Below, piece after piece: positions 56,444 to 64,000 of a stretch of DNA of 64,000 bases. Below the pieces are notes generated by a model that did no database searches, was not told the DNA's origin, and saw only the letters and a list, made by a program, of their open reading frames with translations. A program made the position numbers and the translations under genes. The DNA comes from Candidatus Fermentimicrarchaeum limneticum. GTDB lineage: Archaea; Micrarchaeota; Micrarchaeia; Burarchaeales; Fermentimicrarchaeaceae. The number at the start of each line of letters is the position of its first letter. Within the stretch, counting starts at the first letter, position 1. The DNA is taken from positions 445,470 through 509,469 of the forward strand of contig CP058998.1 of assembly GCA_013426015.1 (NCBI GenBank). The letters are read 5' to 3'.

Positions 56444-57382
56444 CTATTTCATTTGAATCTGCAGGCCGAACTCTACGAGCAGGAAGATGAGATAGACCAT
56501 CAGAAAGACCATTCCCTCCTTCTGGTTCAGCTTCTTTCTAGTTTCAATGAAGTACCAGAAGAGAATGTTGGTTATTATCAGGAATATCACCAGGCTTGAA
56601 ACAACCGTTATGTTGAATGTCGTTTGCGAGAGCAGGCCAGTAACTCCTAAAACAAGAGTGAGATTCGTCATACAGCTTCCTATCGCATCGCCAAGCGCAA
56701 GCTTTATGTTGCCCTTTCTTACAGCAGCCGTATCTATAGCAAGCTCAGGTAGTGACGTACCCAGTGCAATTATCGTTGCTCCGATGAAAGATTTACTCAG
56801 AGAAAACACATCTGCAATTCTGACTGCGGAATCAACTGTGAACCTTGCGCTTACCAGCACCCCTACAATCCCTGCAACGAAGTAGAGGAACGCCTGCAAC
56901 GCATTCTTTTTGGAAACTTCCTCGCTTATGCCAAGGTTTACATCCTTCTTGAAAAGGTAGTAGGTATAACCCGCGAATACTGAAAGCAGTATAAGCCCTT
57001 CCACCCATCCGAATTCAGTTCTGAGCAGGAGTATCAGCGGGATCATTGAGGTTATGAAAAGCAGGCGGATGAGCTCCAGCATTTCGTCCTTCTTTATTCG
57101 TATCGTTCGAATCATCGCGCACGCGCCGATGACAATCAGGATGTTCGCTATGTTTGAACCTATCACGTTGCCGATTGAGATTGAGCTCTGGCCACCGGAT
57201 GCGGATACCAACGCAACGGCAAGTTCCGGCAGAGAAGTTGAGACCGAAAGAAGCACGAAGCCGATTGTCATTTCGCCGATTCCGAAAAATTTTGCAAGTT
57301 TTAATACGTTGTCAACCACTAGATGAGCGCATTTTGCTAGGACCAATACCGACGCGAAAAGTATAATTGAGTCTGTAATCAA
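56444..57382 (-). CDS. Ca2+/Na+ antiporter (CaCA, YrbG-like)
   Basis: Two alpha repeats STSLPEL...GNVIGSNIAN / GTSLPEL...GDAIGS. Confidence 0.92.
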   Translation of the reverse strand: MITDSIILFASVLVLAKCAHLVVDNVLKLAKFFGIGEMTIGFVLLSVSTSLPELAVALVSASGGQSSISIGNVIGSNIANILIVIGACAMIRTIRIKKDEMLELIRLLFITSMIPLILLLRTEFGWVEGLILLSVFAGYTYYLFKKDVNLGISEEVSKKNALQAFLYFVAGIVGVLVSARFTVDSAVRIADVFSLSKSFIGATIIALGTSLPELAIDTAAVRKGNIKLALGDAIGSCMTNLTLVLGVTGLLSQTTFNITVVSSLVIFLIITNILFWYFIETRKKLNQKEGMVFLMVYLIFLLVEFGLQIQMK

Positions 57383-57519
57383 GCCTTACACCTATTTATT
57401 CATTTCATTCTATTTCAATCCTTAATTCGAAAGTTAATTTTATATAAGTATGCGCAACAATAGCATTGATGCAAGTAAGAGATTTTGTGAAACGGGTCGA
57501 TCCGGAGGATAGGGAAAAA

Positions 57520-57655
57520 GTCTATGATATGCTTAGTCTGGGTTCGCACCCAAACTTCGATTTCTTTCTGATGGTCCTGCTTCATCAATAATCGCAACTT
57601 TTGGCTTGATAACAAACAGCACAGCTGGTATAGTGGGAGCAATGCTTGAGGCCAT
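57520..57655 (+). pseudogene. DUF389 (TIGR00341-like) membrane protein fragment
   Basis: NFDFFLMVL / SSIIATFGLITNSTAGIVGAML with a frameshift; truncated; boundaries approximate. Confidence 0.55.
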
Positions 57656-57670
57656 TGTTCTCTCTTCTGG

Positions 57671-58189
57671 CTAGAACTGCTGTGGTATGACCAGCCTGAT
57701 TATGCTCTCCCTTATCTTCTCATTCTTCAAATTGCCGTTCTCGTCAAAATCATCATCAACCGAAAAAACAGGCCTTGGGTTGCTGAGGATGTTGAAGTAG
57801 TTCGTCAATGCGACAAGATGTCCTCTCACCTGCTGGTGGGTGCCTGGGTTGTTGGATTTTACTATGAACCCCGCAACTCTGCCCTCAAGAGCCTTGTAGT
57901 TTACAAACTCAAACAGGTTCTTTATGCCGGAGCTGAGCAGGGCATCGTATACCGGCGAGCCGATAATGAAAACATCTGCGTTCTCCATCATCTTTACCGT
58001 ATTCATCGTTTCATCGCTATATTTTTCCTCAAATCCTCTGAAGGGATCAATGTCTTTTTTTCCCAGATCTATGTATTCGACATCTCCATACTTTCCTTTC
58101 GCATATTCAAAGGCAATGTCCGTGAGCTTCCTCGTAAGCGAGTCCTTCCTCCTGCTGCCGCAGATTATTAGGATCTTCATAAAAGTCAC
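57671..58189 (-). CDS. NADPH-dependent FMN reductase
   Basis: [20 protein letters not shown].......KN. Confidence 0.85.
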   Translation of the reverse strand: MTFMKILIICGSRRKDSLTRKLTDIAFEYAKGKYGDVEYIDLGKKDIDPFRGFEEKYSDETMNTVKMMENADVFIIGSPVYDALLSSGIKNLFEFVNYKALEGRVAGFIVKSNNPGTHQQVRGHLVALTNYFNILSNPRPVFSVDDDFDENGNLKNEKIRESIIRLVIPQQF

Positions 58190-58788
58190 CTCTCCATCCT
58201 CCTGCTCACTTCATCCCAGTTCACTATGTTCCAGAAAGCCTCGATGAACTTTGCCCTGTCGTTTTTGTAGTCAATGTAGTAGGCATGCTCAAACACGTCA
58301 AGCACCATGAGGATTTTGAATGCCGGGTATACCTCCATGTTGTGCTTCTCTATCTGCATTATCAGCGGCCTCTGAATCTGCTCTGAGAAGCTCAGCGCTG
58401 CCCAGCCGGAACCTTCCACGCTTGCTGCAGCCTGCGAGAACTCCTTCTTGAAGCGCTCAAAGCTCCCGAACTCCTTGTTTATCGAATCAGCCAGTGCTCC
58501 GCCAAACTTTCCTCCCTTTCCCGCAGGCGCGAGGTTGCCCCAGAAAAGCGAGTGAAGCACATGCCCGCCTATGTTGAATGAGAGCTCCTTGAGGGTTGAC
58601 TTCACGTCAATGTCAGCGCCCTCCTTTCTCGCCTTATCGAGCTTCTTGAATATTGCATTCGCCCCGTTGACATATGCCTGGTGGTGCTTCTGGTGGTGTA
58701 TCCTCAGCTGTTCCTCGGAGATGTACGGGACCATGTCCTTGTAATCATAGTTCAGTTTCGGTAGAGAGTACAGTTTAGGATTCTCCAT
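58186..58788 (-). CDS. sod: Fe/Mn superoxide dismutase
   Basis: [33 protein letters not shown]. Confidence 0.96.
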   Translation of the reverse strand: MENPKLYSLPKLNYDYKDMVPYISEEQLRIHHQKHHQAYVNGANAIFKKLDKARKEGADIDVKSTLKELSFNIGGHVLHSLFWGNLAPAGKGGKFGGALADSINKEFGSFERFKKEFSQAAASVEGSGWAALSFSEQIQRPLIMQIEKHNMEVYPAFKILMVLDVFEHAYYIDYKNDRAKFIEAFWNIVNWDEVSRRMER

Positions 58789-59141
58789 AACTTCACCTCT
58801 GGCATATGATTGTTCTAAGTTTTATTTAAACCTTCATATTAAAGCAGTAAACCTGTTATAGCGCAGTATAGTTACTTGGTATTTTTAATGATTATTAATA
58901 ACGTGAAAAAATGGTAAATTTTTTCATTTATCATATAAGGGGTTGGGGGGATAAAATGGAAGCTTTGCGGCCGAAAATTCCCCTCGGAACCGAAAAGTAT
59001 TTATATAAGTTATTGCACATGATTTTAAAAGGCTATGCTCTTTTCCCGAGATGAACAAAGAGCTTAGAAAACCTAATCTGAATGTATTGTTTTGCATGAT
59101 TGGAAAGGGCAAGCTTTGCCCATCTAAACAGAGGTGTATGT

Positions 59142-60047
59142 ATGGATGAAAAATGCCCAGAATGTGGGAGCAAAAGGCTGACAAGGGACTACGAGAGGGG
59201 AGAGCTCGTATGCGCTGACTGCGGGCTTATAGTGGCCGAGAACATTGTGGATTCCGGTCCTGAGTGGAGGGCTTTTGACGCCGAGCAGAGGGAGAAGAGG
59301 GCAAGAGGAGGCGCGCCTATCAAGTACATGAGGCCCAACAAAGGATTGGTGACGGAAATTGACCAGTACAATAGGGATATAAGAGGCGCAAAAATTCCCT
59401 CAAAGAAGCAGGCCCAGCTTTACAGAATGAGGAAGTGGCACAAGAGGGCGAGCATTGCTTCCTCGATGGAGAGGAACCTTGCAATTGCACTCAGCGAGCT
59501 GGACAGGATAGCTTCCTATCTAGGTCTGCCTGAAAGCATAAGGGAATCATCGGCTCTGCTTTACAGGAAGTGCATTGAGAAGGGACTTATAAGAGGAAGG
59601 CTGATTGAGAGCGTGGTATCCGCTGTGCTTTATGCAGTATGCAGGAGCTACGGCATACCAAGAACGCTGGACGAGATTTCCGAGATCTCTGGGGTGGAGA
59701 AGAAGGAGATTGGCCGAACCTACAGGTTCATAACGCACGAGCTGGATCTGAAAGTTCCTCTGACAGATCCGACGCACTACGTGCCCAGATTCACTGCGGC
59801 TCTGAGGCTTTCAGGGCAGGTTCAGGAGAAGGCGATAAACCTGCTCAAGAAGGCAATTCAGAAAGGCTTGATTTCCGGAAGGGGCCCAACCGGAGTTGCG
59901 GCTGCGGCCGTCTACATCGCAAGCGCAATGGTCGGGGAGAGGAGGACCCAGAAGGAAGTTGCCGATGTTGCCGGAGTGACCGAGGTAACGATAAGGAACA
60001 GGTACAGGGAGCTGAAGAAGGAACTTGACCTGAAAATAGCGCTCTGA
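59142..60047 (+). CDS. tfb: Transcription initiation factor IIB
   Basis: CPECG...[44 protein letters not shown]; GAGGTG RBS. Confidence 0.97.
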   Translation: MDEKCPECGSKRLTRDYERGELVCADCGLIVAENIVDSGPEWRAFDAEQREKRARGGAPIKYMRPNKGLVTEIDQYNRDIRGAKIPSKKQAQLYRMRKWHKRASIASSMERNLAIALSELDRIASYLGLPESIRESSALLYRKCIEKGLIRGRLIESVVSAVLYAVCRSYGIPRTLDEISEISGVEKKEIGRTYRFITHELDLKVPLTDPTHYVPRFTAALRLSGQVQEKAINLLKKAIQKGLISGRGPTGVAAAAVYIASAMVGERRTQKEVADVAGVTEVTIRNRYRELKKELDLKIAL

Positions 60048-60088
60048 GGGGCGCTATTCCCCTTTTATTTTTTATTTAATATTTCTTG

Positions 60089-60141
60089 GTGACATGCTCC
60101 CACCTCTGAAGAGCGTGGGGTTTCTCGCTCGCTTCTGCTAA
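60089..60141 (-). mobile_element. 53-bp IS200/IS605-type minimal element, copy 2
   Basis: GTGACATGCTCCCAC-ctctgaagagc-GTGGGGTTTCTCGCTCGCTTCTGCTAA; differs from copy 1 only inside the hairpin. Confidence 0.75.
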
Positions 60142-60189
60142 TTTGTCTTACGCCACAGTACAGACAGTATCTATACATTTTTATAGTTC

Positions 60190-61287
60190 ATGAAAGATAA
60201 GAGTCGTATGGCTTTGAGGAAACTCAAAACGCTTGTTGGAAGAGAGTTCCTCGTAATCGGGAGAAGCGCGCTGATGCTCCTTCTCATAGTTATACTTCCA
60301 GTCACATTCAGCATGATATTCGCCAGCTTCAAGCAGGTGATCCCGAACAGCACCCCCGCATCCTTGATTGCGGCAAGCCCCGAGGTTACCGAGAGCGAGA
60401 TGAACTCGACATTCAAGCTGCTCTCCCGCTTCTGCTCGCCTTCAATAGATTCACGTGAGGATGCATTCAGGAAGCTCAGCAGGGAGGAGGTTTATTTCAT
60501 CGTCTCGGTTCCTTCTGGCGTGTGGAGCGGCGAGGGGAACGTGCGGGTCTTTGTCGACAATTCTCTCTCCCCGGTTGCGGAAATGTCGGACTATGTTGCG
60601 GAGATACTGAAGTACGAGCTGGGCGAGGCGTATAGGAGGGACTACCTCAGCTTCCCTCCTCCGAATATACTTGTTGAGAAGATCGGCAAGCCGATCTCGC
60701 CTATAGAATACTTCGCTCCCGGCGTGGTGATGGTGCTTCTCGCGATTGCCGGGATTCTTGTCATTCCCTTCAATACGGTGAAAGATCACAATCTTATGAC
60801 AAGGCTGCTTTCCTCAGCCAGCCCGTGGGAGTTCATCGGAAGCAAGCTGCTTTTCTCGCTCCTGCTTGCGTCTTTGCAGATAGCAATCTTCTTCATAGCA
60901 CAAAGCATCCTCAGACTTCCGGTTATGAGCGTCAACCTCCTCTCGGCAATTACCTTAATCCTGGCGTCTTTCGCACTTACTTCAACAGGTTTGCTCATTG
61001 CGTTTGCTTTCAAACTTTCAAATTTATCTAGATATGTCTGTTCGCTGCTGTTCGGGGCGGTAGCCACCTTCTCCGGCATATTCTACCCGCCTGGTTTCCT
61101 GCCCTCCTACCTGCAGCCAATCCCGAAGATCCTTCCAACGTATTATGCGATGGTTCTGGTCAGGGGCTTTGGGATGAAGGGACTGGAGGCTGGAATCTTC
61201 GTAGACTATTTTGCAATCATGGTAGTTTGGCTGGTTATCTCGCTTGCCCTGCTGTATTATTTCATAAGGAGGTTCAGGGATGGCTGA
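60190..61287 (+). CDS. ABC-2 type permease
   Basis: EYFAPG, FSGIFYP..FLP..LQ, LPTYYA. Confidence 0.85.
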   Translation: MKDKSRMALRKLKTLVGREFLVIGRSALMLLLIVILPVTFSMIFASFKQVIPNSTPASLIAASPEVTESEMNSTFKLLSRFCSPSIDSREDAFRKLSREEVYFIVSVPSGVWSGEGNVRVFVDNSLSPVAEMSDYVAEILKYELGEAYRRDYLSFPPPNILVEKIGKPISPIEYFAPGVVMVLLAIAGILVIPFNTVKDHNLMTRLLSSASPWEFIGSKLLFSLLLASLQIAIFFIAQSILRLPVMSVNLLSAITLILASFALTSTGLLIAFAFKLSNLSRYVCSLLFGAVATFSGIFYPPGFLPSYLQPIPKILPTYYAMVLVRGFGMKGLEAGIFVDYFAIMVVWLVISLALLYYFIRRFRDG

Positions 61288-61954
61288 TGCGATTGTTGTT
61301 GAGAGGCTGAGCAGGCACTTCGGCAGCAAAGCTGCGCTCGCAGAAGTTTCGCTGAGGATATCCAAGGGATGCGTATTCTGCATAGCCGGCCCAAACGGAA
61401 GCGGCAAGACGACGCTGCTGAATATAATTGCGGGAGTTCTTGCCCCAAGCAGCGGCAGGTGCGAAGTTATGAAAGGCTTGAAAGTGGGGTACGCGTACCA
61501 GCACCCCAAGCTGAGTGATGAGCTAACAGTCGGCGAGAACATCTCATTCTTCTCACAGCTCAACGAAGGCGAGGAGGAATGGGGCAGGAGGATGGTTGAA
61601 GCAATGGGACTGGGTGAACTGATGGACGAGAATGCAGATGAGCTCTCCTCAGGGACAAGGAAGAGGCTGGAGGTTGCCGTGGCCCTTCTGCACAATCCAG
61701 ACGTGGTGCTTCTGGACGAGCCTACCACCGGTCTTGACGTTGAGTCGAAGGAGGGAATCCTCCAGCTGATAAAGTTGTTCAGGAAGAACGGAAAGACCGT
61801 TGTGATCGCAACCCACCAGCTCGATGATTTCTCAGGAGTATGCGACGAGCTTGTCATACTGGACAAGGGGAGAGTTGCAGTTGAGAAGGGGGTTAAGGGA
61901 TTTGATGGTGAGAAGCTTTTGCGCGTCTACTCAAGTGCAGTGAGCAAAGATTAA
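61280..61954 (+). CDS. ABC ATPase
   Basis: GPNGSGKTT, LSSG...RL, LDEPTTGLD. Confidence 0.92.
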   Translation: MADAIVVERLSRHFGSKAALAEVSLRISKGCVFCIAGPNGSGKTTLLNIIAGVLAPSSGRCEVMKGLKVGYAYQHPKLSDELTVGENISFFSQLNEGEEEWGRRMVEAMGLGELMDENADELSSGTRKRLEVAVALLHNPDVVLLDEPTTGLDVESKEGILQLIKLFRKNGKTVVIATHQLDDFSGVCDELVILDKGRVAVEKGVKGFDGEKLLRVYSSAVSKD

Positions 61955-61980
61955 AAACAGTGCCGAGCAATATCATCTGC

Positions 61981-62508
61981 ATGAGAGGCTTATTCGTGGG
62001 GAGATTCCAGCCCTTCCACAACGGCCACATGAAGGCGGTGGAGTGGATACTGGGCAGATGCGACGAGCTTGTCATAGCTGTGGGAAGCACCCAGCGCTCG
62101 TTCAACAGGATGGAGGTATTCACCGCAGGGGAGAGGATTGAGATGATGAGGAGGGCGTTGAAGGCAAGAAAGCTTGACGGAAGGTGCATCATAATCCCCG
62201 TCTCTGATATAAACAACAACGCGCTGTGGGTGAGCCACGTGAATTCGCTCTGCCCGGAGTTTGACGTTGTTTTTTCAAACAACCCGCTTGTCAAACTGCT
62301 GTTCTCCGAGGTGGGAAAGAAGGTTGTCGAGGTCCCTCTATTCGACAGGAAGAGCTGCGACGGAAGCCACATAAGGAAGCTGATGCTCTCTGGAGCGAAG
62401 TGGAAGGAACTTGTACCCAAGGAAGTTGCAGAATTCATAATTCAAAAGAGAGGGATTGAGAGGCTGAGGAGTATTTCGAAAGAAGACAAATATGGGGTGG
62501 TAGCTTGA
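61981..62508 (+). CDS. nadM: Nicotinamide-nucleotide adenylyltransferase (archaeal NMNAT)
   Basis: MRGLFVGRFQPFHNGH, FTAGERIEM, NNALWVSHV, SNNPLV..LF. Confidence 0.93.
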   Translation: MRGLFVGRFQPFHNGHMKAVEWILGRCDELVIAVGSTQRSFNRMEVFTAGERIEMMRRALKARKLDGRCIIIPVSDINNNALWVSHVNSLCPEFDVVFSNNPLVKLLFSEVGKKVVEVPLFDRKSCDGSHIRKLMLSGAKWKELVPKEVAEFIIQKRGIERLRSISKEDKYGVVA

Positions 62509-63734
62509 GAATTGCATACTTTGTATGGGAGTACCCGCCCAGGCTGATTGGCGGGCTGGGGACATACGCTGCTGAGATAACGAAGAAGTTTGACGAGATG
62601 GGGCATGAGCTTGTAGTCTTCACGATGAACGACGGGGAGAAGCTTCCCAGAAGGGAGCAGTGGAACAACACAACGGTACACAGGCCGCTGCTTGCTGATG
62701 CAACCCCTGTGCTGCCGACTTTCGTGGATGATGAGATAAAGAGGTGGGGGGAGGGCCTGAAGTTCTTCTCTGATATACTCACGTACAACTTCCTCTCAGC
62801 AAACAAGTTTTCAAACGAGGTTGCCAGGAAGGAGAATTTTGATATAATAATCTGCCATGACTGGCTTTCCGCAATCTCCGGAGTGATTGCCAAGAACAGC
62901 ACCAAGAAGCCGCTGGTATTCCACGTGCACTCGACCGAATTCGGCAGGAGCGGCGGGGGAGGCTCCCAGACGATAAGGGATCTGGAGTACTCAACTGCAA
63001 ACTACGCAGACAGGATAATAACAGTCAGCTCAGCCATGAGGGAGGAGCTTTACAAGCTGCACTTCCCGGCGGACAGGATAAGGGTGTGCTGGAACGGAGT
63101 GGACGAGAAGAAGTACGACATCTCCAGATTCAGCAAGCAGCAGATTGATGATCACAGGAAGAAGCGGGGTGTAAAGGAAAATGAAAAACCGATTCTGTTC
63201 ACGGGCAGGCTGACGTGGGTGAAAGGGGTGAACACGCTTGTCAACGCAATGCCGGAGATACTCAGGTCATGCCCGGAGGCAAGGCTGGTCATTCTGGGGA
63301 GGGGGGAGATGGCTGACGAGCTTAAGGTCCTTGCGAGGCAGTTAAACATAACGGACAAGATAATCATGATTGACGAGTGGGTTGACGAGGAGGAGAGAAT
63401 CCTGCTTTACGCCAGCAGCTACATGGTATGCGCCCCATCCAGATACGAGCCATTCGGCATAGTTTCGCTTGAGGGCATGAGCATGAAGAAGCCGGTGCTT
63501 GTCGGGAGAGGTGGTCTCAGGGAGGCTGTTGTTGACGGAGAGACTGGCTTCTACTGCGAGCCTGACGATGCGCACGACCTTGCAATGAAGGCACTGAAAA
63601 TATTGAACGACCCCGATCTGGCCAGAAAGCTTGGAGAAAACGGCAGAGACAGGGTGCTGAAGAACTTCACGTGGGACAAGATTGCAAGTGATACGATACA
63701 GATATACCAGAACGTGATTGACAAAAAAGGTTGA
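62505..63734 (+). CDS. GT4 glycosyltransferase (glycogen-synthase-like)
   Basis: WEYPP...GGLG, HDW, HVHSTE.GR, GRL...KG, PSRYEPFGIV.LE.M. Confidence 0.9.
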   Translation: MRIAYFVWEYPPRLIGGLGTYAAEITKKFDEMGHELVVFTMNDGEKLPRREQWNNTTVHRPLLADATPVLPTFVDDEIKRWGEGLKFFSDILTYNFLSANKFSNEVARKENFDIIICHDWLSAISGVIAKNSTKKPLVFHVHSTEFGRSGGGGSQTIRDLEYSTANYADRIITVSSAMREELYKLHFPADRIRVCWNGVDEKKYDISRFSKQQIDDHRKKRGVKENEKPILFTGRLTWVKGVNTLVNAMPEILRSCPEARLVILGRGEMADELKVLARQLNITDKIIMIDEWVDEEERILLYASSYMVCAPSRYEPFGIVSLEGMSMKKPVLVGRGGLREAVVDGETGFYCEPDDAHDLAMKALKILNDPDLARKLGENGRDRVLKNFTWDKIASDTIQIYQNVIDKKG

Positions 63735-63755
63735 GCTGCAGCATGCCGGCGTAGT

Positions 63756-64000
63756 ATGAGTGATCCCATGGAGAGGGCGGAGGTATTCGGAAATGTCAAA
63801 ATGGCGATGGGTGTCGCTGGAATTTTCCTCAGCGCGCTAGGGATTGTCTGCGCTCTTGCATGTTACCTCGTCGTCTCGCCATTAATCGACAGGGCTGGCG
63901 CGAATGCGGTTGTTGCTCTGGACCACGCATCCTCGGCAGTTGAGGGCGTGTCAGACTCCTTCGATGCGGCATCAGCCAGCTTTACATCGATGGCAGAGAC
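63756..64000 (+). CDS. Hypothetical membrane protein (partial)
   Basis: Open to the window end: MSDPMERAEVFG...TM helix...S/A-rich helix. Confidence 0.55.
   Translation, partial: MSDPMERAEVFGNVKMAMGVAGIFLSALGIVCALACYLVVSPLIDRAGANAVVALDHASSAVEGVSDSFDAASASFTSMAE

Noticed and set aside
59019-59081. C/D box sRNA
   Set aside because: The C box is imperfect and upstream of the expected TSS; the guide spacing is too long
1-64000. CRISPR array
   Set aside because: No regularly spaced repeat-spacer run; the recurrent motifs are separated by gene-sized, irregular intervals

Overview
Archaeal chromosomal window, most likely from a DPANN archaeon such as Micrarchaeota. This is inferred from archaeal-type rpl/spt5/secE/ftsZ, TFB, TBP, archaeal AlaRS, AMP phosphorylase plus R15P isomerase, CarS, GGTGA/GAGGTG RBSs and TATA-box promoters. 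Bases 1-18.2 kb form a mosaic of short, mostly single-gene modules with mixed composition and no integrase or transposase. Their junctions carry several recurrent short DNA elements: a ~13-24 nt AAGCCAAAGCAA(T/G)CTTAA(A)TAT motif (~14 copies), a double hairpin, duplicated 3' ends of tRNA-Ala and tRNA-Glu, and a REP-like hairpin around an intron-containing tRNA-Ala(CGC). This looks like a trans-mobilised gene-cassette accumulation zone and is the best candidate for an undescribed system. It also holds a stand-alone single-repeat (half) TBP. Bases 18.3-43 kb are largely housekeeping: nadC, rpl12/10/1/11 with a PQQ-propeller gene inserted, spt5, secE, ftsZ, AMP-salvage genes, dys, ssb, carS, sppA, ABC systems and alaS. 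Next come tRNA-Val, tRNA-Glu with a 3.2 kb att-bounded island, an ars cluster, a glucosylglycerate-type compatible-solute cluster (including a synthase-phosphatase fusion), SOD, TFB, an ABC pair, nadM and a GT4. Two 53-bp IS200/IS605-type minimal elements are present. All product calls come from motif recognition by eye, not database searches.
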